Of a stretch of DNA of 64,000 nt, positions 50,701 to 61,978 are shown in pieces (positions within the stretch are counted from its first letter, which is position 1; every line of letters starts with the position of its first letter). Where the stretch lies: the NCBI GenBank assembly GCA_963767925.1, contig CAVYGB010000008.1, positions 2,336,001-2,400,000 of the forward strand, given 5' to 3'. A model generated the notes under the pieces. That model was not told where the DNA came from, did no database searches, and saw only the letters and a list, made by a program, of their open reading frames with translations. This stretch comes from an uncultured delta proteobacterium. Lineage in GTDB: Bacteria; Myxococcota_A; Polyangia; Fen-1088. A program made the position numbers and the translations under genes.

Positions 50701-51107
50701 GATGGGCCCGATAGGCTGCCCCGGACTTCGTCCTTAAACCCATTTCTGACGAACGCCCGATCGAGGTGACCGAGCACCGCCAGGGCGGCTGGCCCGGACA
50801 GAGGTGCCGACCACTCCGATCGGTAGACGATGAGGCGGCTCATGTCTATCGTGGAGACCATGATCGAACCGCCTTGACCGCCGGCCCCCACTTCCACGTC
50901 GGCGAGACAGGCGTGGGCGCGGGCCACGTCGTCGTCGCGAGCAGAGCGTTTCAACCAGGTCCGGCACACCTCGCGGGCCTGGTCGAATCGACGTAGCTGA
51001 ACCAGCTGGGAGGAAAGCCGCGAAAGCTCCGCCGGCCCCGTTGGGGCGGCAGGCGCTTCAGCCTGCGAGAGCAGCGATCCCAACAGGATGGAGGGCAGCA
51101 AGATCAT
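50694..51107 (-). CDS. Short exported TPR-like protein, possibly truncated
   Basis: Signal-like MILLPSILLGSLLSQA; RRFDQAREVC TPR-like helix; overlaps the next gene by 7 bp. Confidence 0.4.
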   Translation of the reverse strand: MILLPSILLGSLLSQAEAPAAPTGPAELSRLSSQLVQLRRFDQAREVCRTWLKRSARDDDVARAHACLADVEVGAGGQGGSIMVSTIDMSRLIVYRSEWSAPLSGPAALAVLGHLDRAFVRNGFKDEVRGSLSGPSC

Positions 51108-51372
51108 GGATGATCTGCCCTTTCGGCAGTTCACTCGGGGATCTGAACGGGCTGCAGCCGCCCTCCACCGATGGTCGGATCAGAGCTTGAGGAGGGCTTC
51201 CCGGGCCACCGCTCCGATGGTCGATTTCTTCGATTTGGGTAGATCGGAGTCGTACAGCATGCAGGGGGTCTCGTCGGAGGTGAACCGGGCGATCTGCTCG
51301 CGCTGCTCGACCACCCTCATGCGCCCGAGCGCCCTCCTCAACTTCAGTCGCCACAGCCGAACCGGAACAAGG

Positions 51373-51771
51373 TCAAGTACTCCGCACCTGGCGGCTACCG
51401 CCGCCGGCGTTCCGGTGGCCAGCGCAGGCGACCCCACGAAGGCACCACCATCTCCACCTCCGGGGCGTTGTAGGTTCGCTCCACCATCTGGCCATCGTCG
51501 TCGAGGTGCGGACCGTCCTTTGGCCGCCCGCAACCGGTACGCTGAGGCACAGCAACGGCACGGGCTCGCGGCGTTCACGACGATGAGACGTCTCGTAGCG
51601 GACGGGCATCCAGGTGCCGTCCTTCATGGCGAGATCGAGCCCGGTCCCGCAGCGCACGGGCCGGCCGTCGAGGTGGTGGCGATACCCGCCCGTGCTGCAG
51701 TTGTGCCAGAACTCCAGATTCCCCGAGCGGTTAAGGAACTAACCGCATTCGTCGGCGTAGTCGTCGATCAT
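51373..51771 (-). pseudogene. DUF5348-like small protein interrupted by an in-frame TAG
   Basis: MIDDYADECG*FL...RHHLDGRPVRCGTGLDLAMKDGTWMPVRYE. Confidence 0.4.
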
Positions 51772-51887
51772 CGGTGAATTCCGCCACTTCTCTGGGCGCG
51801 ATGAGCATGACGCGATGGCTTTAGCGACTGCGCCTCCCTTCACGCCTGATGGCGGCAATGGGGTCGTGCGGGCCCTATAAAGGTCTG

Positions 51888-52136
51888 ATGGCAAATGCCG
51901 ACGTGGACGAGCTGCTCGCGGCGATTCGCCGTCTCCCGCTTGACGAGCGCCTGCGACTCTTGGACCGCGCCAGTCGCGAAGCCGCTCGCGATGCGCCGAG
52001 ACCGGTGTCGGTCCGTACCAACCTAGCGTCTGCTCTTCTCGGGTTGCTGGCAGACGAACCCGAGCTAGTCGATCAGATGTGCCTCCTGGCCTATCGGTCG
52101 CGCGACGGAGTGCGGATGCGGTCGGTTGATGAGTAG
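51888..52136 (+). CDS. Putative antitoxin
   Basis: VDELLAAIRRLPLDERLRLL...LLGLLADEPELVDQ; overlaps the PIN gene. Confidence 0.7.
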   Translation: MANADVDELLAAIRRLPLDERLRLLDRASREAARDAPRPVSVRTNLASALLGLLADEPELVDQMCLLAYRSRDGVRMRSVDE

Positions 52137-52552
52137 GCGGTTGTTGGATACGGACATCCTCTCCGAAATCCTCAAGGGAAGGAACGTCTCGGTTTACGGC
52201 ACGAGCAACGGCGTATCTGGCGGAGCATGGCAGGTTCACCACGTCGGCGGTGACGGTCGCGGAGGTCGTCTACGGATTCCGTCGGGTGGGTCGGGAGGAC
52301 CGTGTGACCCAGTTCGAAACGTCTGCGGACGCATCCGAGGTACTCCCCTTCGATGACCAGGCTGCCCGGCTCGCCGGGCGAATCAATGCCGATCTGGAAC
52401 GCCTCGGCCGCGTCATCGGAATGCCTGACGTCATGGTTGCCGCGATCGCCCTGCGAAACGGTCTCCCGATCGTCACCGGAAACGTCGTGCACTTCGAATA
52501 CGTCATGGCCGCGGGGTACCCGCTGGCTATCGAGAACTGGAAAAATACCTGA
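52129..52552 (+). CDS. vapC: PIN-domain (VapC-like) toxin, frameshift near 52195
   Basis: LLDTDILSE in one frame, then SAVTVAEVVYG...DVMVAAIAL...VTGNVVHF in another. Confidence 0.8.
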
Positions 52553-53017
52553 CCCTCGGTCCGGGCGTCCCTCGAGGGGAGGACAATCCCCGCAGCAGTG
52601 GCTCCCTCGGGCTGAGCGCGCCCAGTCTGCCGCACTCGCTCACGCCCGCGGCTTCTGTCGCCGGTCCTCGTCGGCGGATCAACCGGCGCACCCGACGTTC
52701 GGAGCCGCGGCATCAGCGACCTGGCCCGGCGACGGTCGCCGGTGAGGTCGGGAGGCGAGATGGGCAAGACCGTGGTCAGGTGTCGAACAACCGGAAGCCG
52801 CAGCGGTGTTGTCCACGGACGACGGGGCAGCATCGGTGCAAGGGGTGCAGTCGTCACCGGGTCAGGTGGACCAGCGGGCCTGCCAGCCGGGGGCGAAAGC
52901 GTCCTCGCCGATCGACCGTTCCGCACGCGGGCGTCCCAGACTGACAGTAGCGGGGTCAGTCAAAGGCGCACGCGGGGTCGCCAACTTCTTGGCGTGACCC
53001 TGATTTGAACGGATGAG

Positions 53018-53091
<74 letters not shown>

Positions 53092-53173
53092 TCAAGGATT
53101 TCAGTCGACTAGGTTAGGCTCTCGCCGGCGGCCGGGATTTTTAGGGGCCCGGAAGTCTTCGAAAGGGACGGAG

Positions 53174-53202
53174 AAACTGCCCCATCGGATGTGCCACGTC
53201 AA
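53174..53202 (-). promoter_or_regulatory. Putative sigma-70 promoter for the tRNA
   Basis: TTGACG-17 bp-CAGTTT on the minus strand, about 80 bp upstream of the tRNA. Confidence 0.5.
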
Positions 53203-53394
53203 GTGCGATCGGCAGAGAGGGTGGGGATTGGCATTTCTTGGACGGAGGGAGGGACGTCGGGGAGGGGTCGCGGGGAGGCCCTTCGTGCGCGGGCGACTGC
53301 GGGAGTGAGCTCGGTACGAAGTCCGCTCGGCCAGGCAATGGCCCGCCTGTTCGCGGTCGATTCGAGCGCGGGCACAGACTGGCGCTTGTCGCAG

Positions 53395-53555
53395 CGGACG
53401 ATCGGGCGAGGTTCTCTGGTGTCAGGCACGAGTCTCGGCTGCCGTCTGTCGGCCTCGTGGCGGTTCGCTGGAATCGGGTACGGGTCCCGGGCTGTCGTCG
53501 GTCGGCGTCGTGGCGGTTCGCTGGTGTCGGGTCCGAGTCGCCGGCCGTTGGTCTG
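53395..53555. repeat. Degenerate ~53-bp tandem repeat (about 3 copies)
   Basis: Units with the core GGTTC(G/T)CTGG..TC(A/G)GG...G(A/G)GTC; GTCGGC.TCGTGGCGGTTCGCTGG occurs at 53448 and 53501. Confidence 0.6.
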
Positions 53556-54171
53556 CATCGACGGCTCGTGCGGCCGTCCGGGGCGTCGGTAGATGGCAGG
53601 TATCGATCCGCGTGGACAGGACCGAAAGATCGCGCGTGGGGGAATGTCGGATGGCGGCTGCCGTCTCCTTGTCGGCGCATGCGGCCTCAGCGATTGAGAT
53701 GCTGCTGCGGTCGCCGGTGTGTCAGCCGGTCGATCTCTTCCCCCTCATCACCTTCCGCCCGCCGCGACCAACCCGCTCGCAGCCACCGTGCCAGCGCGCC
53801 CGTGCGCGGACTCCCGGTGCGAGGGGACAGTAATGCCCGGGAGCACGCTTGTACGCACCGGAGCGCGCGTAGGGGGCGCTGAGGGCGCGCTCGGGCGCAT
53901 CCACGTGACAGCGGCTCTGCGGGGCGCTCGGCGCGCGCGACGATCGAGCGTGGGGGTCCCTCTAACTCGACGCATTGAGACCTCCGGCGGGGCCTGCGGG
54001 GTTTTATGTCGAATGTGTAACGTCGTGGGTTCTGTGGAGGGGGAGTTGGAGTAATCTGGACTACGAGGGGTTTGGCGTCGCTGTGCGACGTCCGGCGCTG
54101 TCGGGGTCGGCCGGGCGAGGGGGAAAGCGCCGAGGGCGGGGCGATTTCCGCGTCTTTCCGGGAGGAAAGAG

Positions 54172-54990
54172 ATGATCGCTGAAGGAGGCTGGGCAAATCC
54201 GAGGCCCCGCAGGCGGCTGGGGGTGATCGTCATCCTGGCGGTGGCGGCGCTTGGCGCGACGGTGGCTTATGCCACCTTCTTCGAGCCCCAGCGGATCGAG
54301 ACGACCCGCCACAATTTCGTCGGCAACGTCCAGCGGCCGCTCCGGATCGTCCACCTCAGCGACCTGCACATGCGCGGGATGGGGGCGCGCGAGCGCGGCC
54401 TCATCCTCCTCGTGCGCAAGGAGAACCCGGATCTTATCGTCATCACGGGCGACACGACCAACGGCGACAGCCTCGAGCCGGCGCGCGACTTCCTCCTCAA
54501 TCTCTCGGCGCCGCTGGGGGTCTGGGTCGTGCGCGGGGACGCCGAGCGCTGGACGGACCAGGACCGGGAGCGGCCGCTGTACGCCCAGGCCGGGGTGCAC
54601 TTCCTCCAGAACCGGGGGGCGGCGGCGCGCGACGACCTATGGCTGGCAGGGCTCGACGATCCGGTGACCGGCACGCCCGACCTGGACTCCGCGCTGCAGG
54701 GCGCGCCCACCGGGTCGTTCAAGGTGGTGCTCATGCACGCGCCCGATCACTTCCCGCGCATCGCCGGGCGCTTCGACCTGGCGCTGGCCGGGCACAGCCA
54801 CGGGGGCCAGATCGTCCTGCCCGGCTACGGCCCGGTGCTGTTGCCCGCGGGCGGGCGGCGTTACGTGCGGGGCTGGTTCACCCAGAACCGCAGCCACCTG
54901 TTCGTCAACCGCGGGGTAGGGACGGGGCCGACGCCGGGGCGGCTGTTCGCGCGCCCCGAGCTGGCGATCATCGACGTGCGGCCGGGCTGA
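54172..54990 (+). CDS. Metallophosphoesterase (YkuE-like)
   Basis: HLSDLH, ITGD, MHAPD, AGHSHGGQ, NRGVG. The usual GNHE appears as GDAE. Confidence 0.85.
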   Translation: MIAEGGWANPRPRRRLGVIVILAVAALGATVAYATFFEPQRIETTRHNFVGNVQRPLRIVHLSDLHMRGMGARERGLILLVRKENPDLIVITGDTTNGDSLEPARDFLLNLSAPLGVWVVRGDAERWTDQDRERPLYAQAGVHFLQNRGAAARDDLWLAGLDDPVTGTPDLDSALQGAPTGSFKVVLMHAPDHFPRIAGRFDLALAGHSHGGQIVLPGYGPVLLPAGGRRYVRGWFTQNRSHLFVNRGVGTGPTPGRLFARPELAIIDVRPG

Positions 54991-55012
54991 GCCCGCGGCC
55001 GCGGCCGGGCCA

Positions 55013-55489
55013 TCAGGCGGTGACGGGGGCAGCGGCGGCGGTGGCGGCGGCCGTCTTGTCGTACTTGTCGACGAGGCGGGAGATACGCGGCACGGCGGCC
55101 TCGACGTGTTTCTTGCCGGCCGGCCGGAGCTTCTCGTAGGCCGACTTGAGCACGGTGTTCTTCGTGCGCTGGGCCCGCTCGTCGGTGATGGCGAGCAGCG
55201 CCTCGGCCACCTCGCCGGTGCGGGCGTTGAAGTAGGCGGTCACCGGCTCGTTCTTGGTCTTGGCCTGCTGGTAGATCGGATCGAGCCGGCGCGCGAAGTC
55301 GTCGAGCAGGTGATCGACGATCTCGGGCACGAAGCCCGGCTTGACGGCCTTCACGATGGCGTAGGCGGCCTTGATCGGCACGCCGAGCAGTCCCTTGGAT
55401 CCGACCTCATCCTCGATGATGCGCTCGCTGTCGGCGACCACCTGGGTGCGGACCCCGGGAGCGCCGAGGATGTCATTGAGCGTGGGCAT
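55013..55489 (-). CDS. Conserved hypothetical protein (DUF6918-like)
   Basis: EVGSKGLLGVPIKAAYAIVKAVKPG...ALLAITDERA...YEKLRP..KKHVEAAVPR. Confidence 0.7.
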   Translation of the reverse strand: MPTLNDILGAPGVRTQVVADSERIIEDEVGSKGLLGVPIKAAYAIVKAVKPGFVPEIVDHLLDDFARRLDPIYQQAKTKNEPVTAYFNARTGEVAEALLAITDERAQRTKNTVLKSAYEKLRPAGKKHVEAAVPRISRLVDKYDKTAAATAAAAPVTA

Positions 55490-55538
55490 GGTCCGAGCAC
55501 TCTACCCCGGTTCTTCTTCCTGTGGTACCCAGTTGCGG

Positions 55539-56840
55539 GTGGGCTCGTCCGGGTCGCGTCCCCCGCCTGCCGAGATCCGGGGAGGTTCCGGCGCTGCCGC
55601 AAGCGCCGGCACACCCGCCGGCGCGAGCCGGGCGCTGGCGGTGCTCACCGGTCTCAACGTCCTGAACTACCTGGACCGGTACGTGGGGGCGGCGGTCCTG
55701 CCCCTCGTGATCGCGGGGCTGCACCTGTCGGACGGTCAGGCCGGCAATCTGCAGTCGGCCTTCATCCTCGTCTATTCGCTGATGTCCCCCGTGGCCGGCT
55801 GGTGGGGTGACCGCAAGAACCGCCTGCACCTGGCCGCCCTCGGGGTCGTGCTGTGGAGCCTGGCCACCTTCGGGTCGGGCCTGGCGCCCACCTTCGCCGT
55901 CCTGTTGCTGGCCCGGGCCCTGGTGGGGGTCGGCGAGGCCAGCTACGGCGTCGTCACCCCTTCGCTCCTCTCCGACCTCTACCCGGCCACCCATCGGGGC
56001 CGCGCCCTGGCGATCTTCTACGCGGCCGTGCCCGTGGGCAGCGCCCTCGGCTACATGCTGGGCGGCGCGGTCGGCTCGGCCTACGGCTGGCAGACGGCCT
56101 TCTTCGTGGCCGGGGGACCCGGCCTGCTGCTGGCCCTGGCCCTGCTCCTGCTGCGCGAGCCGTCCCGGGGCCGCTTCGACCCCCTCCGCTCGGACGCGGC
56201 GATCGGCCTGTCGCTGGGGGCCTCCTGGCGGGCCCTGCGCGCCCGGCCCAGCTACCTGGTCAACACGGCAGCCCAGACCGTCTACACCTTCTCGATGGGC
56301 GGCCTCGCCTACTGGATGCCCACCTACTTCGTGCGCGAACGTGGGCTGCGGCTGGACCGAGCCACCTTTCTGTTCGGGCTGTGCCTGGTCGTCTCCGGAT
56401 TCCTGGGGACCATCCTCGGCGGCTACCTCGGCGACCGCTATTCGGCCCGCAACCGGGCCGCCCACTTCGTGTTTTCGGGCTGGGCGCTGGTGCTTTCCGT
56501 CCCCTTCACGCTGATGGCTGTCCTGGCCAGCGACCCTGCTATCTTCTGGTCGGGGATGTTCATCACCTTGTTGCTCCTTTTCCTCAACACCGGCCCGCTC
56601 AACGCGGCGATGTCCAACGTCCTGCCGCCCGAGCTGCGGGCCCGCGGCTTCGGGCTCTACACCATGGCCATCCACCTGCTCGGCGACGGCCTCTCCCCCA
56701 CCCTGATCGGCGTGGCCTCGGACGCGGTCGGGCTGCGCCTGCCGGTCCTGCTCACCGGCCTGCTGCTGGCGGCGGCGGGCGTCATCCTCCTCGTCGGGCA
56801 ACACACCCTCACCCGCGACCTCCAGGCGGAGGCCACATGA
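55539..56840 (+). CDS. MFS transporter (spinster-like); start uncertain
   Basis: LNYLDRY, RALVGVGEASY, SDLYP...RGRALAIFY, IHLLGDGLSP. Confidence 0.9.
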   Translation: MGSSGSRPPPAEIRGGSGAAASAGTPAGASRALAVLTGLNVLNYLDRYVGAAVLPLVIAGLHLSDGQAGNLQSAFILVYSLMSPVAGWWGDRKNRLHLAALGVVLWSLATFGSGLAPTFAVLLLARALVGVGEASYGVVTPSLLSDLYPATHRGRALAIFYAAVPVGSALGYMLGGAVGSAYGWQTAFFVAGGPGLLLALALLLLREPSRGRFDPLRSDAAIGLSLGASWRALRARPSYLVNTAAQTVYTFSMGGLAYWMPTYFVRERGLRLDRATFLFGLCLVVSGFLGTILGGYLGDRYSARNRAAHFVFSGWALVLSVPFTLMAVLASDPAIFWSGMFITLLLLFLNTGPLNAAMSNVLPPELRARGFGLYTMAIHLLGDGLSPTLIGVASDAVGLRLPVLLTGLLLAAAGVILLVGQHTLTRDLQAEAT

Positions 56841-57667
56841 CCTTCGAGAAGGAGCTTTTGGCGGCCCAGCGAATCGCCGAGGAGGCGGCCGCCCTGGTGC
56901 GCACCTTCCGGGTGGCGGGCATCGCGGTCGAGAAGAAGTCGGGCGACGAGCCGGTGACCGCCGCCGACCACGCCGCCAGCGAGCTGATCGTGCGCCGCCT
57001 GGGGGAGGCCTTCCCGGCGGACGCGGTGCTGTCCGAGGAGCTGCCCGACGACGGGGCCCGGCGGCACCAGAGCCGGGTCTGGATGGTCGACCCCATCGAC
57101 GGCACCCGGGACTTCATCGCCGGCGACGACGGCTACGCCGTCATGATCGGTCTCTGCGTCGACGGGCGACCGCAGGTGGGCGCCCTGGCCATGCCCGCCA
57201 CCGGCGTGGTCTACGCCGGGATCGCGGGCGGCTCCGGCTGGAAGCAGCTCGCCGACGGCACCCGCGCGCCCCTGAAGACCTCGACCATCAGCCAGCCCCC
57301 CGGGATCCGGCTCGTCGCCTCCAAGTCCCACCGGACCAAGAACATCGATGCCTTTCGCCAGGCCCTCGCCATCGAGGACGAGCTGAACGTGGGCAGCGTG
57401 GGGGTCAAGGTCGGGCTGGTGGCCGACGGCAGCCGCGACCTCTACGTCTACCCCGGCTCCCGCACCAAGCTGTGGGACGCCTGCGCGCCCGAGGCGATCC
57501 TGCTCGCGGCCGGCGGCCGCTTCACCGACGTGCGCGGCAACGCGCTGACCTACACGGACGCCGAGCTGTACAACCGCGGGGGTATCGTCGCCTCCAACGG
57601 CCCCCTGCACGACCGGGTGCTGCGCACCCTGGCCGACCTGATCTCCGCCCAGCCCCTGCCTGGCTGA
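56837..57667 (+). CDS. cysQ: 3'(2'),5'-bisphosphate nucleotidase / inositol monophosphatase family
   Basis: [32 protein letters not shown]. Confidence 0.85.
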   Translation: MTFEKELLAAQRIAEEAAALVRTFRVAGIAVEKKSGDEPVTAADHAASELIVRRLGEAFPADAVLSEELPDDGARRHQSRVWMVDPIDGTRDFIAGDDGYAVMIGLCVDGRPQVGALAMPATGVVYAGIAGGSGWKQLADGTRAPLKTSTISQPPGIRLVASKSHRTKNIDAFRQALAIEDELNVGSVGVKVGLVADGSRDLYVYPGSRTKLWDACAPEAILLAAGGRFTDVRGNALTYTDAELYNRGGIVASNGPLHDRVLRTLADLISAQPLPG

Positions 57668-57677
57668 GCGGGGCCGC

Positions 57678-59067
57678 TCAGGTCCCGGCCACCGTCATGC
57701 GCACCACCCGGAAGCTCGGACACTGCAAGGCCGAGCGGGTGTCGAGGTCGTCGCCGATGGCGTCGATGCCTTTCCACAGGTCGTCGAAGTTGGCCGAGAT
57801 GGTCACCTCGCTGACCGGGAACGCGCGCTCGCCCTTCTCGATCCAGAAGCCGCCGGCGCCCTGCGAGTAGTCGCCGGTGACCCCGTTGAAGCCGAAGCCC
57901 ATCAGCTCGGTGACGTAGAAGGCGCGGTCGAGCTTCTCCAGATCGGCCGCCCGGGTCTTGCCGGCGCCGCAGGATGAAGTTGGAGGTGGTGACGTGGGGG
58001 CTGCCGCCCACGCCCCGGCCGGCCGAGCCGGTCGACTGCCGCTGCAGCTTGCGGGCCGAGTAGGTGTCGCAGAGGAAGGTCCGGAGGGTGCCGGCCTCCA
58101 CCACGACGTTGCGGCGGGTGGCCAGGCCCTCGCCGTCGAACGGCCGCGAGCCCGGCGCCCGGGGCAGCAGGGGATCGTCGACGATGGTGACCAGCGGGGA
58201 GGCGATGACCGTACCCTCTCGCTGCGCCAGGTAGCTGCTCTTGCGCCAGACCGATCCGCCCGAGACCACGCCCGCGAGCTGGCCCAGCACGCTGCGGCCG
58301 GCGTCGGGCGAGAAGATGACCGGCACCTCGCCGGTGGGGACCTTGCGCGAGCCCAGCTTGGCCAGGGTGCGGCGGGCGGCCTCCAGCCCGACCGCCTCGT
58401 CATCGAGCAAATCACCCCGGAAGCGCGAGGAGGTCCAGAAGTAGCCGTTGCGCTTCTTGCCCTCGGCGTCGTCGCACACCGGCTCGACAACCAGGGAGAC
58501 GTTGGTCCCCCGGTAGTTGCCCGAGAAGCCCGCCGAGCTGGCGAACCCCATGGCGCCCATCACCCGGGCGAAGATGGCCCCCTCCGAGTTGGTGACCCGC
58601 TTGTCCGACTTGAGCGCGGCCGCCTCCCCCTTTATCGCGCGGGCCATGGCCTCGCGCACGGTCAGGCCGGGGACCTGCTCGTCCCACAGGTCGAGCTCGG
58701 GCAGCTCCCGCGCCATCAGCTCGCGGGCGGGCAGCGCGCCGGTGGGGTCGGGCTCGGCCAGGGCGGCCAGCTCGACGCTCTCGCGGGCCAGCCGCTCGAG
58801 CCCGGCCCGGCTGAAATCCGAGGTGTAGGTGACGGCCGAGCGGCCGTCCTTGATGACCCGCAGCCCGAGCGCGCGGCTGCCGGCCTCCTTGACCAGCTCG
58901 GGCTCGCCCATGCGCACCTTGACCTCTAGCTCGGAGCCGTCGCGGACCAGCACCTCGGCCTCGTCGGCGCCGGCGGCGAGGGTCAGGGACAACATCTGCT
59001 CGGCGAAGGCCTGGCAGGCCTGCGCGTCGGGCAAGGGGCGGCGGGAGGGGGCGGGCTGGGCGCTCAT
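57678..59067 (-). CDS. tldE: TldE/PmbA family protein (frameshift near 57965)
   Basis: [53 protein letters not shown]. Confidence 0.88.
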
Positions 59068-60532
59068 GAGGTCCTCGTCCCCCCCACGGTGATCTCGCTG
59101 ATCTTGACCGTCGGCGTGCCGATCCCCACCGGAACCGACTGGCCGTCCTTGCCGCAGGTCCAGGTCCCGTCCGACAGCCGGAAGTCGCTGCCGACCATGC
59201 TCACCCGGCGCAGCACGTCGGGCCCGTTGCCGATCAGGTTGACGCCCTTGAGGGGCGCGGTCAGCTTGCCGTCTTCGATCAGGTAGCTCTCGGTCAGCGA
59301 GAAGACGAAGTCGCCGTTCGAGATGTTGACCTGCCCGCCGGAGAACCGCTTGGCATACACCCCCCGGTTCACCGAGCGGATGATGTCCTCGGGCGACTCG
59401 TTGCCTGCCGAGCATGAGGGTGTTGGTCATGCGAGGCAGCGGCTCGTGCCGGAAGCTCTCGCGCCGGCCGTTGCCGGTGGCCTCGGTGCGGAAGTGGCGG
59501 GACGAGATCCGATCCTGCATGTAGCCGACCAGGATCCCGTTCTCGATGAGGACGTTGCGCCGCCCGGGGCTGCCCTCGTCGTCCACGTTGATCGAGCCGC
59601 GGGCGTGGCCGATGGTGCCGTCGTCGACCACCGTGCACAGCGCCGAGGCGACCTCCTTCCCGACCTGATCGGTGTAGTTGGAGGTGCGCTTGCGGTTGAA
59701 GTCGGCCTCCAGGCCGTGACCGACCGCCTCGTGCAGCAGGATCCCTGATTCGCCGGGCCCCAGCACGACCGGCATCGGTCCGGCGGGCGCCTCGGCGGCG
59801 TGGAGCATGGCGATGGCCAGCCGGGCGGCCTCGCGCCCCTGCTCCTCGGGGCTCTGCTCGGGCAGGAGGAAGTGCTCCATGCCCACGGCGCGCCGCCCCG
59901 CCAGCCCGGCCCCCCTGGCGCTTGCCCCCCTCCTCGGCGACGGCGTTGACGCCGAAGCGGATCATCGGCTGCCGGTCGCGGGCGTAGCGGCCGTCCGAGG
60001 TGACGACGAGGACGTCGCGCCACTCCTCCGACATCGAGGCCTCGACCCGAACGATGCGCTTGTCGTAGCCCCGGGCCGCCTGATCGGCCCGCCGGAGCAG
60101 GTCGACCTTGTCCCGGCCGGGCCGCTCCAGCGAAGGCGCCTTCACCGGGTAGAAGTCGGGCAAGGAGACATGCCGGATGGGCACAGGTCCGGGCGAGCCC
60201 CCGCCGGTCGCGATCTGACCGGCGGTGCGGGCCGCATCGCGCATGCGCTCCTCGGACAGCTCCTCGGTGTAGGCGTAGCCGGTGGAATCTCCGCGCAGCA
60301 CCCGCACGCCCAGCCCGAGCACGATGCCCCGCCCCACGGTGCGGACCCGACCCTCCTCGAAGACGAAGTCAGCCCCGGAGCGGTACTCGAAGTAGAGATC
60401 CGCGTATTCCCCGCCCGACCCGAGGGCCTCGCCAAGCAGGCGCTCGGCCAGGGCCACATCGATGCCGTCGAGCGGGCTGGACGGCGGAGGGACCAGATCG
60501 GGAGGCGCAGCGGCCCTGGGGTCCGTGGTCAT
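59064..60532 (-). CDS. tldD: TldD family metalloprotease (frameshifted)
   Basis: [59 protein letters not shown]. Confidence 0.92.
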
Positions 60533-60585
60533 GTTGGATACCCATCATGACCAGAACCGGCCGGTCGTGCCAGCCCGGAGGACCC

Positions 60586-61095
60586 TCAGCCCGCGCCCGG
60601 ATCGCCGTCCATAGTCTCGTCGCGCATCTTGCCGAGGCCCCGCACTTCGACCTGACGGATGCGCTCGCGGGTCAGGTTCAGGATCTCGCCGACCTCTTCG
60701 AGGGTGATGCCACCCCGGTCGGCGACGTCGAGGGCGCAGGTCTCCTTCATCTCCCACACCTCGAGGTGCGGGAAGTTGAGCTTGATGGCGCCGCTGGCCG
60801 GATTGACGTCGAGGTAGAGGTGGTGCGAGCAGCTCACGAACGGGCAGGGCCGGGTCATCGACTGGCACTCGGCCCGCGTGCCCGGCTTGTCGATGTCCCC
60901 CGGGTACACGATGAGCTGGGCCAGCCGCCGCTCCTCGCGGGTGAGGCGCTTGCCGGCGATGGTCTTCGACCGCACCCGCCCCTGGCTGATGTTGATGCGC
61001 GAACGGATCTTCTCCACCTCCGGTTGCGCCGGAAGCTCCGCCCCGCCCGTCTGCTCCTCCACTTCCTGGTTCTCGTCTTCCGCGAGCTCGGCCAT
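60586..61095 (-). CDS. Cys-rich protein with C-terminal sigma-70 region 4 HTH
   Basis: [48 protein letters not shown] before the ATG at 61095. Confidence 0.85.
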   Translation of the reverse strand: MAELAEDENQEVEEQTGGAELPAQPEVEKIRSRINISQGRVRSKTIAGKRLTREERRLAQLIVYPGDIDKPGTRAECQSMTRPCPFVSCSHHLYLDVNPASGAIKLNFPHLEVWEMKETCALDVADRGGITLEEVGEILNLTRERIRQVEVRGLGKMRDETMDGDPGAG

Positions 61096-61190
61096 GGTGA
61101 TCTCCTTCATCTGACTGGCGACGATCGGGCGTCGCCTAGAACAAGTCGTTGCCGCCCCCGAAAGCGGCGCCGGAGGCGTTGCCACCCCGG

Positions 61191-61739
61191 CTAGAAAGTC
61201 GGCTTTCCAAAGTCGAAATCCGTCGGACGAGCTCGCCGGCAGCCTGCTTGGCCTCGACGATCTCCCGTCTCGAGCTCCTCACGCCGCAGCGGGTCGAGGC
61301 CGGTCCCCTTGGCCTCGCGCTCGAACCCGGTCATCAGCGACCGGAGGCTCTTCTCGATCCCGTCGATCTCGTCCTTGAAGCGGACGAACGAGCGCTGGAT
61401 CTCTTCGATGGTCAGGTTCTCTGCCATCATGGCTTTGACGAGGTTCACCCGCCGGACGACATTGGCGGGGTACAGGCCATGAGACCCCTGGTGTTTCCCC
61501 TTCTGACCGACCCGGATCGACCGGGGCAGGAGGCCGAGCTGCACGTATTTGCGAAGCGTCGCCTCGGAGAACCGGATGCCCCGGGCCGTGAAGACGTCGA
61601 CGATCTGGCGCGACGTCAGGCCGTCCGGCGACGTCCGCTCGATCTCCTGGATCTGCTCCTCACTGAGCAGATCCGCGGCTCGAGACCCACTTCGCGAAGG
61701 AAGGGGGTCGAGATCAGGCGGAGGTAAGGCACCATCCAT
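61191..61739 (-). CDS. MerR-like HTH transcriptional regulator (possible C-terminal frameshift)
   Basis: [18 protein letters not shown]...GLYP...[19 protein letters not shown]. Confidence 0.8.
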   Translation of the reverse strand: MDGALPPPDLDPLPSRSGSRAADLLSEEQIQEIERTSPDGLTSRQIVDVFTARGIRFSEATLRKYVQLGLLPRSIRVGQKGKHQGSHGLYPANVVRRVNLVKAMMAENLTIEEIQRSFVRFKDEIDGIEKSLRSLMTGFEREAKGTGLDPLRREELETGDRRGQAGCRRARPTDFDFGKPTF

Positions 61740-61755
61740 TAGCTAACACTGAGAG

Positions 61756-61786
61756 TATTCTATTCAAAATATTCTATTCAATAGAA
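61756..61786. promoter_or_regulatory. AT-rich direct plus inverted repeat, putative operator
   Basis: TATTCTATTCAA at 61756 and 61770, and palindrome TTCTATT-C-AATAGAA at 61772-61786, immediately upstream of the MerR-like ATG. Confidence 0.55.
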
Positions 61787-61978
61787 CCGATACGCGTCAG
61801 ACGTTCAGGTAGGGGTGCGCCCCATGCTCGGGGTCTGTTCGCACCAGAAAAGCCCAAGCCAGACGGGCACTTACGAAGACGGGCCGCGCAGACGCGCCGA
61901 GCGGGTGCGCGGATCTGGAGCGCGCCCGCTCACAGGACCGCCGTGACGCCTCGCCCGGGCGCCCCCCGCACACGCTTC

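Noticed and set aside
52553..53016. Integrase remnant beside the tRNA
   Set aside because: I found no recombinase motif in any frame, and a stop immediately precedes the att-like core.
53395..53555. Possible CRISPR array
   Set aside because: The units are similar along their whole length, degenerate, and lack unique spacers.
57678..60532. TldD/TldE as the maturation protease for the MNIO peptide or the rSAM operon
   Set aside because: They lie outside the island, about 40 kb from the MNIO cluster, in a housekeeping context; no linkage evidence.
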